Of a stretch of 64,000 nt of DNA, positions 8,626-18,062 are shown one piece after another (position 1 is the first letter of the stretch; each line of letters opens with the position of its first letter). Source of the stretch: an uncultured Clostridia bacterium. Lineage in GTDB: Bacteria > Bacillota > Limnochordia > Limnochordales > Geochordaceae. The translations under genes and the position numbers were made by a program. The stretch is taken from NCBI GenBank assembly GCA_964418425.1, contig CAYQLT010000003.1, forward strand, positions 4,513 to 68,512, read 5' to 3'. Below the pieces are notes generated by a model. It did not search any database. It saw only the letters and a list, made by a program, of their open reading frames with translations, and had not been told where the DNA came from.

Positions 8626-10352
8626 CGGCGAGCTTGCCCCCACCGCTGCTCCTGGTGGCGAAGCAGGAGCCCCACCGAGACCCCCGACACCACCAACAGC
8701 AAAAGCCCCGGCAAGGCGGCCCGAGCGAAGAACCCTTCCGCGGCGCTCAGCCACGTCAGCGTCGCCAGGGTTCGAAATCCGACCGGCGCCAGAAGCAGCG
8801 TGGCGGGCAGCTCCTTGATGCTGGTGAGGAAGACCAGGCTCGCCCCTGCCAGAAGCCCCGGCTGCAGGAGCGGAACTGTCACCCGCCGCAACACCTCCGT
8901 CGGCTTCTTGCCCAGGGACCGGGCTACCTCCTCAAGGCGGGGATTGAGCTGGGCGAGGCAGGCGGCTTCGGGTCCCACCGCCTGGGGCAGGAAGTGCAGA
9001 ACATGGGCCGCCACCAGCAACACCAGCGTCTGGTACAACGGCCCCAGGAACCGGATGCCGAAGAAGACCAGCGACAGCGCCAGCACGATGCCCGGCAGAC
9101 CGTAGCTCAAGAAGGTCAACTGCTCCACCGCTCTCCCGAGCCGCCCGGAGTTGCGGGCAACCAACCAGGCAATGGGGAAAGCAGCCACCACGGCACCCGC
9201 GGCAGCGGCGGAGGCGACCGAGACCGACCCCCAGGCGGCCCGCGCCAGGGTGGCGAACGGCTCCAGCCCCCAGAGGCTGTCGGCAGGGGAATCCCGGGTA
9301 AGCCCGCGCACCAGCCAGTGTACCAGCGACATGGCTGGAACCCCGACCACAGCCAGCGCGACCAGCGCGCACGCCCCAACCGCCGGGACGCTGGCGAGCC
9401 CCAGGCGAAGCGGCGGGGCCTGCCGCGCCGCGGCGGGATCCGACCGGTAGAAGCTTGCCCCCGGGCGGCGCCGGCTGGCCAGCTCCAGGCGGTGGACAGC
9501 GGCGGTGACGGCCATGAGCAAAAGGGCCAGCACCGCCGCCCGGCTTCGGTCGAAGGCCGCCCCGTACTGCAGGTAGATGGCCAGCGTCAGGGTTTCATAA
9601 CGCATCAACGAGACGGCGCCAAAGTCGCTTACCACGTACAAAGCCACCAGCAACGCCCCCGAGGCGATCGCCGGCCGAAGCAGGGGAAAGGTCACCCGCC
9701 GGAAGACCGCTGCCGGCCCCAGCCCCAGCGAACGGGCTGCCTCCTCAAGGGCCGGGTCCAGCCGACTCCAGGCTGCCTGAACCGGTAACAGCACGAAGGG
9801 GTACGTGAAAAACGTGAGGCTCACCCACGCTCCCGCAAACCCCTCGAAGCGGGGCAGAGTCACCTTCCCGAAAAGCGGGTACAGAAGCGCCGCCACCACC
9901 CCGTCCGGGTGCACGGCCGCGATCAGAGCAAAGGCACCCACGTAAGATGGAATGGCCAGCGGCAACGCCAAAAGCACCCGCCACAGGCTCCGGCCAGGCA
10001 GATCCGTCCGGGCGAGAAGCCAGGCCAGCGGCAGCGCCAGCCCTACGGCCGCCACGGTGACGGCACCGGCCAGAAGCACGCTTGCCTGCAGGAGCTGCCC
10101 GATGCGGGGATGCCAGATCCACGCACCCAGCCGATCTACCGCGGAGGCCGCCCGCACCAGCAGGTAGCCGGGCGGGATGAGCAGCGCCGCGGTCACGGCG
10201 AGGGCAGCGGCCGCAATGGCCGGGGGGATGGGTGGGGTGCGGTGAGCCGCCGCGCCGGGCAGGGGCCTTCGCGCCCGCCCCCCGATGGCCGCGATGGTGG
10301 CTCCCCTGCCCGGCACGGCAATCCCTCCGGTTACAGGACCCCGGTCTCCCAC
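8622..10352 (-). CDS. ABC iron(III)-type transport permease (duplicated BPD-transporter domains, FbpB-like)
   Basis: 576 aa with about 12 TM segments and two permease repeats (EEAARSLGLGPAAVFRRVTFPLLRP and EEVARSLGKKPTEVLRRVTVPLLQP). Confidence 0.85.
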   Translation of the reverse strand: MGDRGPVTGGIAVPGRGATIAAIGGRARRPLPGAAAHRTPPIPPAIAAAALAVTAALLIPPGYLLVRAASAVDRLGAWIWHPRIGQLLQASVLLAGAVTVAAVGLALPLAWLLARTDLPGRSLWRVLLALPLAIPSYVGAFALIAAVHPDGVVAALLYPLFGKVTLPRFEGFAGAWVSLTFFTYPFVLLPVQAAWSRLDPALEEAARSLGLGPAAVFRRVTFPLLRPAIASGALLVALYVVSDFGAVSLMRYETLTLAIYLQYGAAFDRSRAAVLALLLMAVTAAVHRLELASRRRPGASFYRSDPAAARQAPPLRLGLASVPAVGACALVALAVVGVPAMSLVHWLVRGLTRDSPADSLWGLEPFATLARAAWGSVSVASAAAAGAVVAAFPIAWLVARNSGRLGRAVEQLTFLSYGLPGIVLALSLVFFGIRFLGPLYQTLVLLVAAHVLHFLPQAVGPEAACLAQLNPRLEEVARSLGKKPTEVLRRVTVPLLQPGLLAGASLVFLTSIKELPATLLLAPVGFRTLATLTWLSAAEGFFARAALPGLLLLVVSGVSVGLLLRHQEQRWGQARR

Positions 10353-11377
10353 AGCAAATCCAGCGTCTTTTTCAAGTCGGACAGGTCACCCAGATCGATA
10401 GCGGGCGTCCGTATCTGGGAGAGAGGCGGCAGGTCCGGGTGGGCAAGCACTCCGCCCGCCAGAGGATATTCGTAGGTTCGGCGTGCGAAATACGTCTGCG
10501 CCTCCTCCGACAGCAGGAATTCTATCAGACGCAGCGCCGATTCCTTGTTGCGTGCGCCTTTCAGCAGGCCCACCCCGGCCACGTTGACCATGGCGCCGGC
10601 CCCGCCGGCTCTGGGGTGGTAGTTGCGCACCGGAAAGGATGGGCCTCGCTCGGCCAGAAACGTGTACAGATAGTAATGGTTGACGAATCCCACGTCTATC
10701 TCGCCGGCCGCGATGGCCTGGATGATAGCCGTGTTGTTGCGGTACGCCTTGGGTTGGTTGGCCTTGATCCCCAGCAGCCACTGCCGGGCCGCCTCTTCAC
10801 CCAGCGTCCTGCGCAGCGCGGTGACGAAGGCCTGAAACGACCCGTTGGTTGGGGGCCAGCCGATCCGGCCCTTCCATTTGGGGTCGGTGAAGCCAAGGAT
10901 GGAATCGGGCAGTTCCTCCGGCCGCACGCGCTCCGTGTTGTACGCAACCACCCGAGCCCGGCCCGTGACCCCGACCCAAAGCCCCTCGGCCGAACGGAAG
11001 CGAGGCTCGACCCGGGAGAGGATCCTCTCCGGCAGGCGCTCAAACAGGCCGGCTTGCGCCACCGCACCCAGCGCGCCCGCATCCTGGGTGAAGAAGATAT
11101 CTGCCGGGGAGCGAGCCCCCTCCTCCATCAGCGTGGCAGCCAGCTCCGAAGTGTCCGCGTAGCGAACCTGCACCCGGATCCCCGTGGCCTCCTGAAATCT
11201 GCGGAACACAGGGTCCACAAGGGCTTCGGTGCGACCCGAGTAAACGATCACCGAACCTGCGCCAGCAGGGCCCGAGGACGCCGACGCCATGCCCGGCAAA
11301 AGTGCGAGCGCCGTAAGCACCAGGACCGTCGCGACAAAGCCGAGGCGGTTCAAGCTTTTCAACCTCCTGTACCTCAT
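10331..11377 (-). CDS. Fe(3+) ABC transporter substrate-binding protein (FbpA/AfuA-like)
   Basis: Signal peptide, VIVYSGRTEALVDPVFRRFQEATGIRVQVRY and ADIFFTQDAGALG. It is the first gene of the three-gene operon. Confidence 0.85.
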   Translation of the reverse strand: MRYRRLKSLNRLGFVATVLVLTALALLPGMASASSGPAGAGSVIVYSGRTEALVDPVFRRFQEATGIRVQVRYADTSELAATLMEEGARSPADIFFTQDAGALGAVAQAGLFERLPERILSRVEPRFRSAEGLWVGVTGRARVVAYNTERVRPEELPDSILGFTDPKWKGRIGWPPTNGSFQAFVTALRRTLGEEAARQWLLGIKANQPKAYRNNTAIIQAIAAGEIDVGFVNHYYLYTFLAERGPSFPVRNYHPRAGGAGAMVNVAGVGLLKGARNKESALRLIEFLLSEEAQTYFARRTYEYPLAGGVLAHPDLPPLSQIRTPAIDLGDLSDLKKTLDLLWETGVL

Positions 11378-11499
11378 AACTCTACCTCATACCTCCAGCT
11401 CGACGCTGGCTCGCCCTGGACACCTTGTCTCAGAGTCTTCGCATTCAATCGCGAACAGGTCTCATTTGAAATCCTCTCTCCACCCCCCTGGCGCACGAC

Positions 11500-11523
11500 G
11501 GCCCCGAGGTAGACCTCGGGGCC
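11500..11523. other. perfect 10-bp GC-rich stem-loop (GGCCCCGAGG-TAGA-CCTCGGGGCC) in a divergent intergenic region
   Basis: Read directly from the sequence. It lies 123 nt upstream of the Fe-ABC binding-protein start and has no U-tract on either strand. Confidence 0.3.
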
Positions 11524-11741
11524 GTACCCTCCCGGGCAGACCTGGTTCGTTTCCAAAGGTAAATCGTAACTAGGTTAACTATGCGTGTCAAGGGACCTTT
11601 GTCTCCCGACCCTCCTCCGCCTGTCGCCGCTACGGCCCCACAGCCGCGCACAAGCTCAGGCCGCTGCGAAGCGGGGGTGTGATATCCCGGGGGCGGGGCG
11701 TCGCCCCGCAGGGCCCACACCGAGCCAACGGGCTGGGCGCC

Positions 11742-11793
11742 TTGATGCCCGCCTGCACCAGCCCTATAATGCGGCCAGACCGACCAGTCGGTC
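11742..11793 (+). promoter_or_regulatory. near-consensus sigma-A type promoter (TTGATG-17 nt-TATAAT) followed by the palindrome GACCGAC-CA-GTCGGTC, upstream of menF
   Basis: -35 at 11742-11747, -10 at 11765-11770, and a perfect 7-bp inverted repeat at 11778-11793 over the predicted +1 region. It lies 19-40 nt before the candidate menF starts. Confidence 0.45.
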
Positions 11794-11811
11794 GGCACTG
11801 CAGTTCCGGGC

Positions 11812-13380
11812 ATGGGGAGGGCATCGGTGGGGATGCCGGCGCTGTCAGGGGTCGCGGCCGCTTCGCTGGCCGCTCGCTGGCGCGAGGCAGCCGAGCGCGC
11901 CCGGGTCTTGGGCCAAAGTGTCCTTGTGAGCCTGAGCGGGCCGGCGCCATCCGCGGATCCTATCCGGGCCTTCGCGCGCCTTGCCTCTGCGGCCGAATCC
12001 CCCTCCGCCGGGTGGGAGGTCGCATTGTGGGCCCGCCCCTCCGAGGATCTGACGCTGGTGGGCCTGGGGACCGCGGCGGCCCTGACGGCCCGGGGGCCCC
12101 GGCGCTTCGCACAGCTCAGCGCCGCCTGGCGCCAGCTCGTTGAAACCGCTCTGTGCGATCCCGCGGGACAGGAGCCCTTCGGCAGCCCCGTCGGGCTGGG
12201 GGGCTTCGCCTTCGAAGACCATTGGGAGGCCTGTGACGGGGCCTGGGGGTCGGGGGCGCAGCCGTGGGAGAGCTTCCCGCCGGCTCTCATCGCAGTGCCA
12301 CGGGTGCTGTGGTGGCGGGCGGGCGGAGCCGGGGGCGTCGTGATCAGCGCTCTGACGGATGCGCGCCGGGAAGACGGGTGGATCAAGTCCGACGACGCAT
12401 GGCTGGTTGACGTGGCTTTCGGCGACGGGCCAGCCGTGGAAGGCTCGGCGGGTAAGGCCGCACAGGAGGAGACGCCATCAGTAGCGGACGCCGCCGTCGA
12501 GTTCTCCATCGAGCAGCCTGCCGCCGAGTTCGAACTGCAGGAGGACGATGCCCGGCGCTGGATGGAGGCGGTGGCCCAAACCGCCAGGGCCGTGCGGGAA
12601 GGGCGGCTCGCCAAGGCGGTGTTGGCCCGGCGTGTGACGGTGCTCCTGCCCCAGGAGGTCAAGGTGCACCGGCTGCTTGCGGCCCTGTGGCAGGCCTACC
12701 CGCAGTGCAGCCTGTTTGCTTTCCGGCGTTCGGGGTGCTGGTTCGTGGGCGCCACGCCGGAACGGCTGGTGAAGGTGGAGGGCGGCAACGTCTATTCCAG
12801 CTGCCTGGCCGGGTCGGCTCCCAGAGGCCGCGACGCGCAGGAAGACCGCCTGCTGGAACAGGCCCTGCGGGCCAGCCCCAAGGAGCGCCGGGAGCACGCC
12901 CTGGTTCTGGAGGCCATCCGAGGGGGCCTGGAGAGGGTGTGCCGGCGCGTCGAACCCTCCGCTGAGCCGTCCGTCTGGAAGCTGCCGACCATCCAGCACC
13001 TTCACACCCTCGTCACCGGCCAACTCCTTCCCTCGATGGGCGTGCTGGAGGCGGCCGGCCAGCTGCACCCGACACCAGCGGTGGGCGGCGTGCCCCGAGA
13101 GGCCGCGCTGGAGTGGATCCGCCGCCACGAAGGGGTTCATCGTGGCTGGTATGCGGGCCCCGTGGGGTGGGTGGGGTCGGCGGGGGAGGGCGAGTTCGCG
13201 GTGGCCATCCGCTGCGCCGTGATCCAGGGGCGCCGGGCGGTGCTGTATGCCGGCTGCGGAATTCTGGGCGAATCGGATCCTGAGGCGGAGTACCGGGAGT
13301 CGTGGCTGAAGCTGCGCCCGATGCTCGCCGCCCTGAAGGCGGCCTCAGGTGGTCAGCCCCCAGCCCGCCGGGAGGCTTGA
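11812..13380 (+). CDS. menF: isochorismate synthase
   Basis: Chorismate-binding motifs GATPERLVKV, GSAPRG, LHPTPAVGGVP, GWYAGPVGWV, FAVAIRCA and AGCGI. The start is uncertain (ATG 11812, GTG 11827 or ATG 11833). Confidence 0.9.
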   Translation: MGRASVGMPALSGVAAASLAARWREAAERARVLGQSVLVSLSGPAPSADPIRAFARLASAAESPSAGWEVALWARPSEDLTLVGLGTAAALTARGPRRFAQLSAAWRQLVETALCDPAGQEPFGSPVGLGGFAFEDHWEACDGAWGSGAQPWESFPPALIAVPRVLWWRAGGAGGVVISALTDARREDGWIKSDDAWLVDVAFGDGPAVEGSAGKAAQEETPSVADAAVEFSIEQPAAEFELQEDDARRWMEAVAQTARAVREGRLAKAVLARRVTVLLPQEVKVHRLLAALWQAYPQCSLFAFRRSGCWFVGATPERLVKVEGGNVYSSCLAGSAPRGRDAQEDRLLEQALRASPKERREHALVLEAIRGGLERVCRRVEPSAEPSVWKLPTIQHLHTLVTGQLLPSMGVLEAAGQLHPTPAVGGVPREAALEWIRRHEGVHRGWYAGPVGWVGSAGEGEFAVAIRCAVIQGRRAVLYAGCGILGESDPEAEYRESWLKLRPMLAALKAASGGQPPARREA

Positions 13381-13383
13381 AGT

Positions 13384-15189
13384 TTGGGGGCCCAGGACGT
13401 CTCTCGCGCGGCTTACCTCTACGTCCGGGCGTTCACCGAGGAGCTGGAGCGCTCCGGGGTGCGCCACGTCTGCCTCACCCCCGGCTCCCGGTCGACCCCC
13501 CTTGCCCTTTGCCTGGCGGAGCGTGGTGGAGTGCGGCTGTGGCCTCTGGTGGACGAGCGCAGCGCCGCATTCTTCGCCCTGGGCATGGCCCGGGCCCTGC
13601 GGGAGCCTGTGGGCGTGCTGTGCACGTCGGGTACGGCCGCCGCCAACTTCTATCCCGCCATCATCGAGGCCCGGTATGGACGGGCACCCCTGGTAGTGCT
13701 GACGGCCGATCGCCCCCATGAGCTGCGCGAGGTGGGAGCGCCCCAGGCCATCGACCAGCTGCGGATGTTCGGGTCCCACGTGAAGTGGTTCGTGGAGATG
13801 GCGATCCCCGAGGCTTCCGTGGAGATGCTGCGCTACGCCCGCACCGTCGCCTGCCGGGCCGTGGCCATCGCCCGGGAGGCTCCCGCCGGCCCGGTCCATC
13901 TCAACTTTCCCTTTCGTGAGCCGCTGGTGCCCACCCCGAGCCCCGCTCCCGACGATCCTCGCCTGCGCCAGGATGCAGCCCCGCAAGGCCTTCGGCCATA
14001 CACGGCCGTGCGCTGGGGGCTGCGGGTGCCCGACCCAACCGAACTGCGGCGACAGGCGGCAGAATTCGCCCGGGTGGAGCGAGGGCTCATCGTCTGCGGG
14101 CCCCAGGAGGACCCCGACTTTGCGGGGGCCGTCGCCGGGTTGGCCGCACGGCTGGGGTTCCCTGTGCTGGCCGACCCGCTATCGCAGGTGCGGTGGGGAC
14201 GGCACGACCGCCAGCTGGTGGTGGACGCCTACGATGCGTTCTTGCGGGATTCCGCCGTCAGCTCGGCGCTGGAACCCGAGCTCATCATTCGGTTCGGGGC
14301 CATGCCCACCTCAAAGGCGCTGGCCGGTTACCTCAAACAGCACGCAGCGGCACACCAGGTGGTGGTGGACGAGGGGGGCGACTGGCGGGATCCCACGCTC
14401 CTGGCAGCCGAGCGGGTCGTGGCGGACCCTTCCACATGGGCGCGGGCGCTTGGCGAGGAGCTGGCGCAAGCCCCCCGGGCGGCCGGAACCGACACCTGGG
14501 CCGAACGGTGGCTGGCGGCCAACCGGGCGGCACGAGAGGCCATCGACGCTGCCATCACCCGGCAGCCCGAACCGAATGGGGGGCTTTTATCGGAAGCGCG
14601 CCTGTGGTGGGAGCTGGCGGGGCTCCTGGGGGATGGGGCAACCCTTTTTGCAGGCAACAGCATGCCGGTGCGGGACCTGGACAGCTTCTTCCCGGGTGCG
14701 CCGTGGGGAGTCCGCTTCATGGCCAACCGGGGGGCCAACGGCATCGACGGGGTCGTGTCGGCCGCGCTGGGCGTTGCGGCTGCTGGCCCGGGGCCGCTGG
14801 TGCTGGCCATCGGGGATCTCTCCTTTTACCACGACCTCAACGGGCTTCTGGCAGCGCGCAAGTTTGGCCTGGCGGCCACCGTGGTGCTCATCCACAACGA
14901 CGGCGGGGGTATCTTCTCCTTTCTCCCGCAGGCCGAGCAGGCCTCGCATTTCGAGGAGCTGTTTGCCGTGCCCCTGGGTCTTGACTTCCGGCCGGCCGTG
15001 GAGATGTACGGCGGGAGGTACGTGGCGGCCCGAAGCTGGGAGCAGTTCCGGCAATCGGTGCGGGAGGGGATGGCCGGCCGAGGGCTGACGGTGGTGGAGG
15101 TGCGCACGGATCGGCGCCGCAACGTCCGGGAGCACCAGCAGCTGTGGCAGGCGGTGTCGGCCGCCGTGCGGACTGTGGTGGGGCTGTGA
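13384..15189 (+). CDS. menD: 2-succinyl-5-enolpyruvyl-6-hydroxy-3-cyclohexene-1-carboxylate (SEPHCHC) synthase
   Basis: ThDP-enzyme pattern (CLTPGSRSTPLALC, LCTSGTAAANFYPAIIEA, LTADRPHELR, GANGIDG, IGDLSFYHDLNGL). It has a TTG start 4 nt after the menF stop. Confidence 0.92.
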   Translation: MGAQDVSRAAYLYVRAFTEELERSGVRHVCLTPGSRSTPLALCLAERGGVRLWPLVDERSAAFFALGMARALREPVGVLCTSGTAAANFYPAIIEARYGRAPLVVLTADRPHELREVGAPQAIDQLRMFGSHVKWFVEMAIPEASVEMLRYARTVACRAVAIAREAPAGPVHLNFPFREPLVPTPSPAPDDPRLRQDAAPQGLRPYTAVRWGLRVPDPTELRRQAAEFARVERGLIVCGPQEDPDFAGAVAGLAARLGFPVLADPLSQVRWGRHDRQLVVDAYDAFLRDSAVSSALEPELIIRFGAMPTSKALAGYLKQHAAAHQVVVDEGGDWRDPTLLAAERVVADPSTWARALGEELAQAPRAAGTDTWAERWLAANRAAREAIDAAITRQPEPNGGLLSEARLWWELAGLLGDGATLFAGNSMPVRDLDSFFPGAPWGVRFMANRGANGIDGVVSAALGVAAAGPGPLVLAIGDLSFYHDLNGLLAARKFGLAATVVLIHNDGGGIFSFLPQAEQASHFEELFAVPLGLDFRPAVEMYGGRYVAARSWEQFRQSVREGMAGRGLTVVEVRTDRRRNVREHQQLWQAVSAAVRTVVGL

Positions 15190-16364
15190 GCCGCACAAGG
15201 CGCGAGGTGCCCGAGCAGCAGGCGAGCGCGACGGGGGAGGTGAGCGAAGCCTTTGTGGTGGTCAACGGGGTGAGCTACCACCTGCTGGTTGCAGGCGAGG
15301 CAAGCCACCCGCCGCCCCAGCCGGTCCCAAGCGCACCGGGAAGGCCGGCGGGCTTTCAGCAGCCCGCGGGTGCGAAGGGCTTGCGCCCCATGCCGGCGCT
15401 TTGGCTGTTGCACGGGTTCACCGGCAGTGCGCAGACGTGGATGCCCTTACTCCGGAGGTTCGGGGTGGGCCGGCGCGCGGTGGCGGTCGACCTCCTCGGC
15501 CACGGCCTGTCGGAGGCGCCCCGGGACCCAGGTCGTTACAGCATGCCCCAGGTGGTGGCCGACCTGGTGGCGCTGCTGGACGCGGTGGGCGAGCGCCGGG
15601 CAGATGTGCTGGGCTACTCCATGGGCGGGCGAGTCGCCCTGCACCTGGCGCTGCGCGCGCCCGACCGCATCCGGCGGCTGGTGCTGGAAAGCAGCTCCCC
15701 CGGCATCGCCGACCCTCGGGAGCGGGAGCGAAGGCGGGAGGCCGACTTCGAGCTGGCCGGCTTCATCGAACGGGAGGGCCTCCAGGCCTTCGTGGAGCGC
15801 TGGGAGAAGCTGCCGCTCTTTGAAAGCCAATCCCGCCTTCCCGAGCGGGTGCGGATGCAGCTGAGGGCCGTCAGGCTCGCGCAAAGACCGCAGGGGCTCG
15901 CCAACGCCCTACGGGGGCTGGGCCCGGGCAGCCACCCTCCGTTGTGGGGCGAACTGGGGAGGCTCCGGCCGCCAACCCTCATCGTGGCGGGGGAGCTGGA
16001 CGGGAAGTACTCGGCTATTTCCCGGGAAATGAGCCGGGCCATTCCCCGGGTACGCCTGGCGCTGGTGCCCGGCTGCGGCCACGCCGTCCACCTGGAGCGG
16101 CCCCGGCTCTTCGAGCGGCTCGTGCGGGCCTTCCTCGAGGAAGGCTCGCCCGCTGCGGCCCGTCCGCGGGAAGGCCGCCCGGCTCGCCTGCACCCGCTCT
16201 TCGAAGCACCCGGTGAACATCCCGAAAAGGTAGGAAGGAGAAAGCCGGATGCCCGTCGAGTGGAAACGAACACGAACCTACACGGACATCCTCTACGAGA
16301 CGGCGGAGGGCATGGCCAAGATCACCATCAACCGCCCGGAGGTTCGAAACGCCTTTCGTCCTGA
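15186..16364 (+). CDS. menH: SHCHC synthase (alpha/beta hydrolase MenH)
   Basis: The GTG start overlaps the menD stop (GTGA). Motifs are LLHGFTGS, the nucleophile elbow [10 protein letters not shown], and GHAVHLERP. The frame stays open 116 nt into menB. Confidence 0.8.
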   Translation: MSRTRREVPEQQASATGEVSEAFVVVNGVSYHLLVAGEASHPPPQPVPSAPGRPAGFQQPAGAKGLRPMPALWLLHGFTGSAQTWMPLLRRFGVGRRAVAVDLLGHGLSEAPRDPGRYSMPQVVADLVALLDAVGERRADVLGYSMGGRVALHLALRAPDRIRRLVLESSSPGIADPRERERRREADFELAGFIEREGLQAFVERWEKLPLFESQSRLPERVRMQLRAVRLAQRPQGLANALRGLGPGSHPPLWGELGRLRPPTLIVAGELDGKYSAISREMSRAIPRVRLALVPGCGHAVHLERPRLFERLVRAFLEEGSPAAARPREGRPARLHPLFEAPGEHPEKVGRRKPDARRVETNTNLHGHPLRDGGGHGQDHHQPPGGSKRLSS

Positions 16365-17067
16365 GACCATCATGGAGCTGATGGACGCCTTTGCGGCGGC
16401 CCGCGACGACCGGAGCATCGGCGTCGTCATCCTGACCGGCGCCGGGCATGAGGCTTTTTGCGCCGGGGGCGACCAGCGGTACCGAGGCGAAGGCGGGTAC
16501 GTGGGAGAAGACCGCATCCCCCGTCTCAACGTGCTCGACCTTCAGCGCCAGATCCGCACCCTGCCCAAACCGGTCATCGCGATGGTGGCCGGCTACGCCA
16601 TCGGAGGCGGCAACGTGCTGCAGCTGGTCTGCGATCTCACCATCGCGGCGGACAACGCCATCTTCGGCCAGACGGGCCCGAAGGTGGGCAGCTTCGACGC
16701 CGGCTATGGAGCGGCCCTGCTGGCCCGGGTCGTGGGCCAGAAGAAGGCCCGGGAGATCTGGTATCTCTGCCGCCAGTATACGGCCCAGGAGGCCCTGGAG
16801 ATGGGCCTGATCAATGCCGTGGTGCCCCTGGAACGGCTCGAAGAGGAGACGGTGCGGTGGGCCCGGGAGATCCTCGCTAAAAGCCCTACCGCCATCCGGG
16901 TGCTCAAGGCGGCCTTCAACGCGGACACGGACGGCCTGGCGGGCCTGCAGGAGCTGGCCGGCAACGCGACGCTCCTCTACTACCTCACCGAGGAGGCGAA
17001 GGAGGGCCGGGACGCCTTCCTGCAAAAGCGGCCGCCGGACTTCTCCCGGTTCCCCCGGTTCCCATGA
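16249..17067 (+). CDS. menB: 1,4-dihydroxy-2-naphthoyl-CoA synthase
   Basis: Crotonase-fold MenB motifs: [40 protein letters not shown] and [25 protein letters not shown] strong GGAAGGAG sits upstream of the ATG. Confidence 0.95.
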   Translation: MPVEWKRTRTYTDILYETAEGMAKITINRPEVRNAFRPETIMELMDAFAAARDDRSIGVVILTGAGHEAFCAGGDQRYRGEGGYVGEDRIPRLNVLDLQRQIRTLPKPVIAMVAGYAIGGGNVLQLVCDLTIAADNAIFGQTGPKVGSFDAGYGAALLARVVGQKKAREIWYLCRQYTAQEALEMGLINAVVPLERLEEETVRWAREILAKSPTAIRVLKAAFNADTDGLAGLQELAGNATLLYYLTEEAKEGRDAFLQKRPPDFSRFPRFP

Positions 17068-18062
17068 GCGGGCCCGCGCCAGCGCCCCGCCCCCAAACGC
17101 CCGGCAGCCCCGGGCACCCGAGCGGGCTCCAGCCGGCCCCTGCCTCCCCCTACGCCCCGCGCCGGCCCACGGCCGCTCCCGGCGGGGTGCGAGCGTGGGT
17201 GCTCGCCGCCCGGGTCCCGACCCTGTCGGCTGCGGTCGCGCCCGTGCTGGTCGGGGCCGGAGCGGCGTTGCGGGATGGGGCGTGGCGCCCCGGCGTGTGG
17301 CTTGCCACCCTGGCCGCCTCGGTCCTCATCCAGATCGGAACCAATTTCGCCAATGACCTCTTCGACTTCCGCAAGGGGGCCGACACCGGGCAGCGACTCG
17401 GCCCGACCCGGGCCACCCAGGCGGGGCTTTTGACCGAGCGGCAGATGGCTTTGGGCACGGTGCTCGCCTTTGGCCTGGCGGTGCTGGTCGGCGCCTACCT
17501 GGCCCGGGTGGGCGGGTGGCCCATCGTGGCGGTCGGGGCCGCGGCCATCGCCGCCGGGGTTCTGTACACGGCCGGGCCCTGGCCCCTGGGGTACCACGGG
17601 CTGGGCGACCTGTTCGTGTTCATCTTCTTCGGGGTAGCCGCCGTCTGCGGGACCTACTATCTGCAGGCCGGGACCCTGAAGGCCGGCGTCCTGGCAGCCT
17701 CCGTGCCCGTCGGTCTGACGGTGACCAACATCCTGGTGGTCAACAACCTGCGGGATATCGAGACGGATCGGGCCGCCGGCAAGCGCACGCTGGCGGTGCG
17801 GGTCGGGGCGAGCTGGACCCGCAGGCAGTATGGCTTGTTCCTGGGCCTTGCCCTGGCCGCGCCCTTGCTCCTCTGGAAGGTGGGGCAAGCCGGGCCGGCG
17901 TTCTGGCTTCCGTGGCTGGCCCTGCCGGAAGGGGTGCGGCTGGCGAGGCGGGTGGCGAGGGAGTCGGGCCCGGCCCTCAACCGGGTGCTCAAGGAGACCT
18001 CACGGTTTCATCTCCTGTACGGCGCTCTGCTGGGCGCCTCCATGCTGGGTGGCAGCCCGTGA
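17064..18062 (+). CDS. menA: 1,4-dihydroxy-2-naphthoate polyprenyltransferase
   Basis: UbiA-family membrane protein ([32 protein letters not shown]). Its ATG overlaps the menB stop (ATGA). Confidence 0.9.
   Translation: MSGPAPAPRPQTPGSPGHPSGLQPAPASPYAPRRPTAAPGGVRAWVLAARVPTLSAAVAPVLVGAGAALRDGAWRPGVWLATLAASVLIQIGTNFANDLFDFRKGADTGQRLGPTRATQAGLLTERQMALGTVLAFGLAVLVGAYLARVGGWPIVAVGAAAIAAGVLYTAGPWPLGYHGLGDLFVFIFFGVAAVCGTYYLQAGTLKAGVLAASVPVGLTVTNILVVNNLRDIETDRAAGKRTLAVRVGASWTRRQYGLFLGLALAAPLLLWKVGQAGPAFWLPWLALPEGVRLARRVARESGPALNRVLKETSRFHLLYGALLGASMLGGSP

Noticed and set aside
11565-11585. Possible IdeR/DtxR or Fur iron box (TAACTAGGTTAACTA) between the Fe-ABC operon and menF
   Set aside because: Only one half resembles the TTAGGTTAG half-site. 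The second half does not match and the sequence is not a true palindrome. It also lies ~190 nt from the transporter start.
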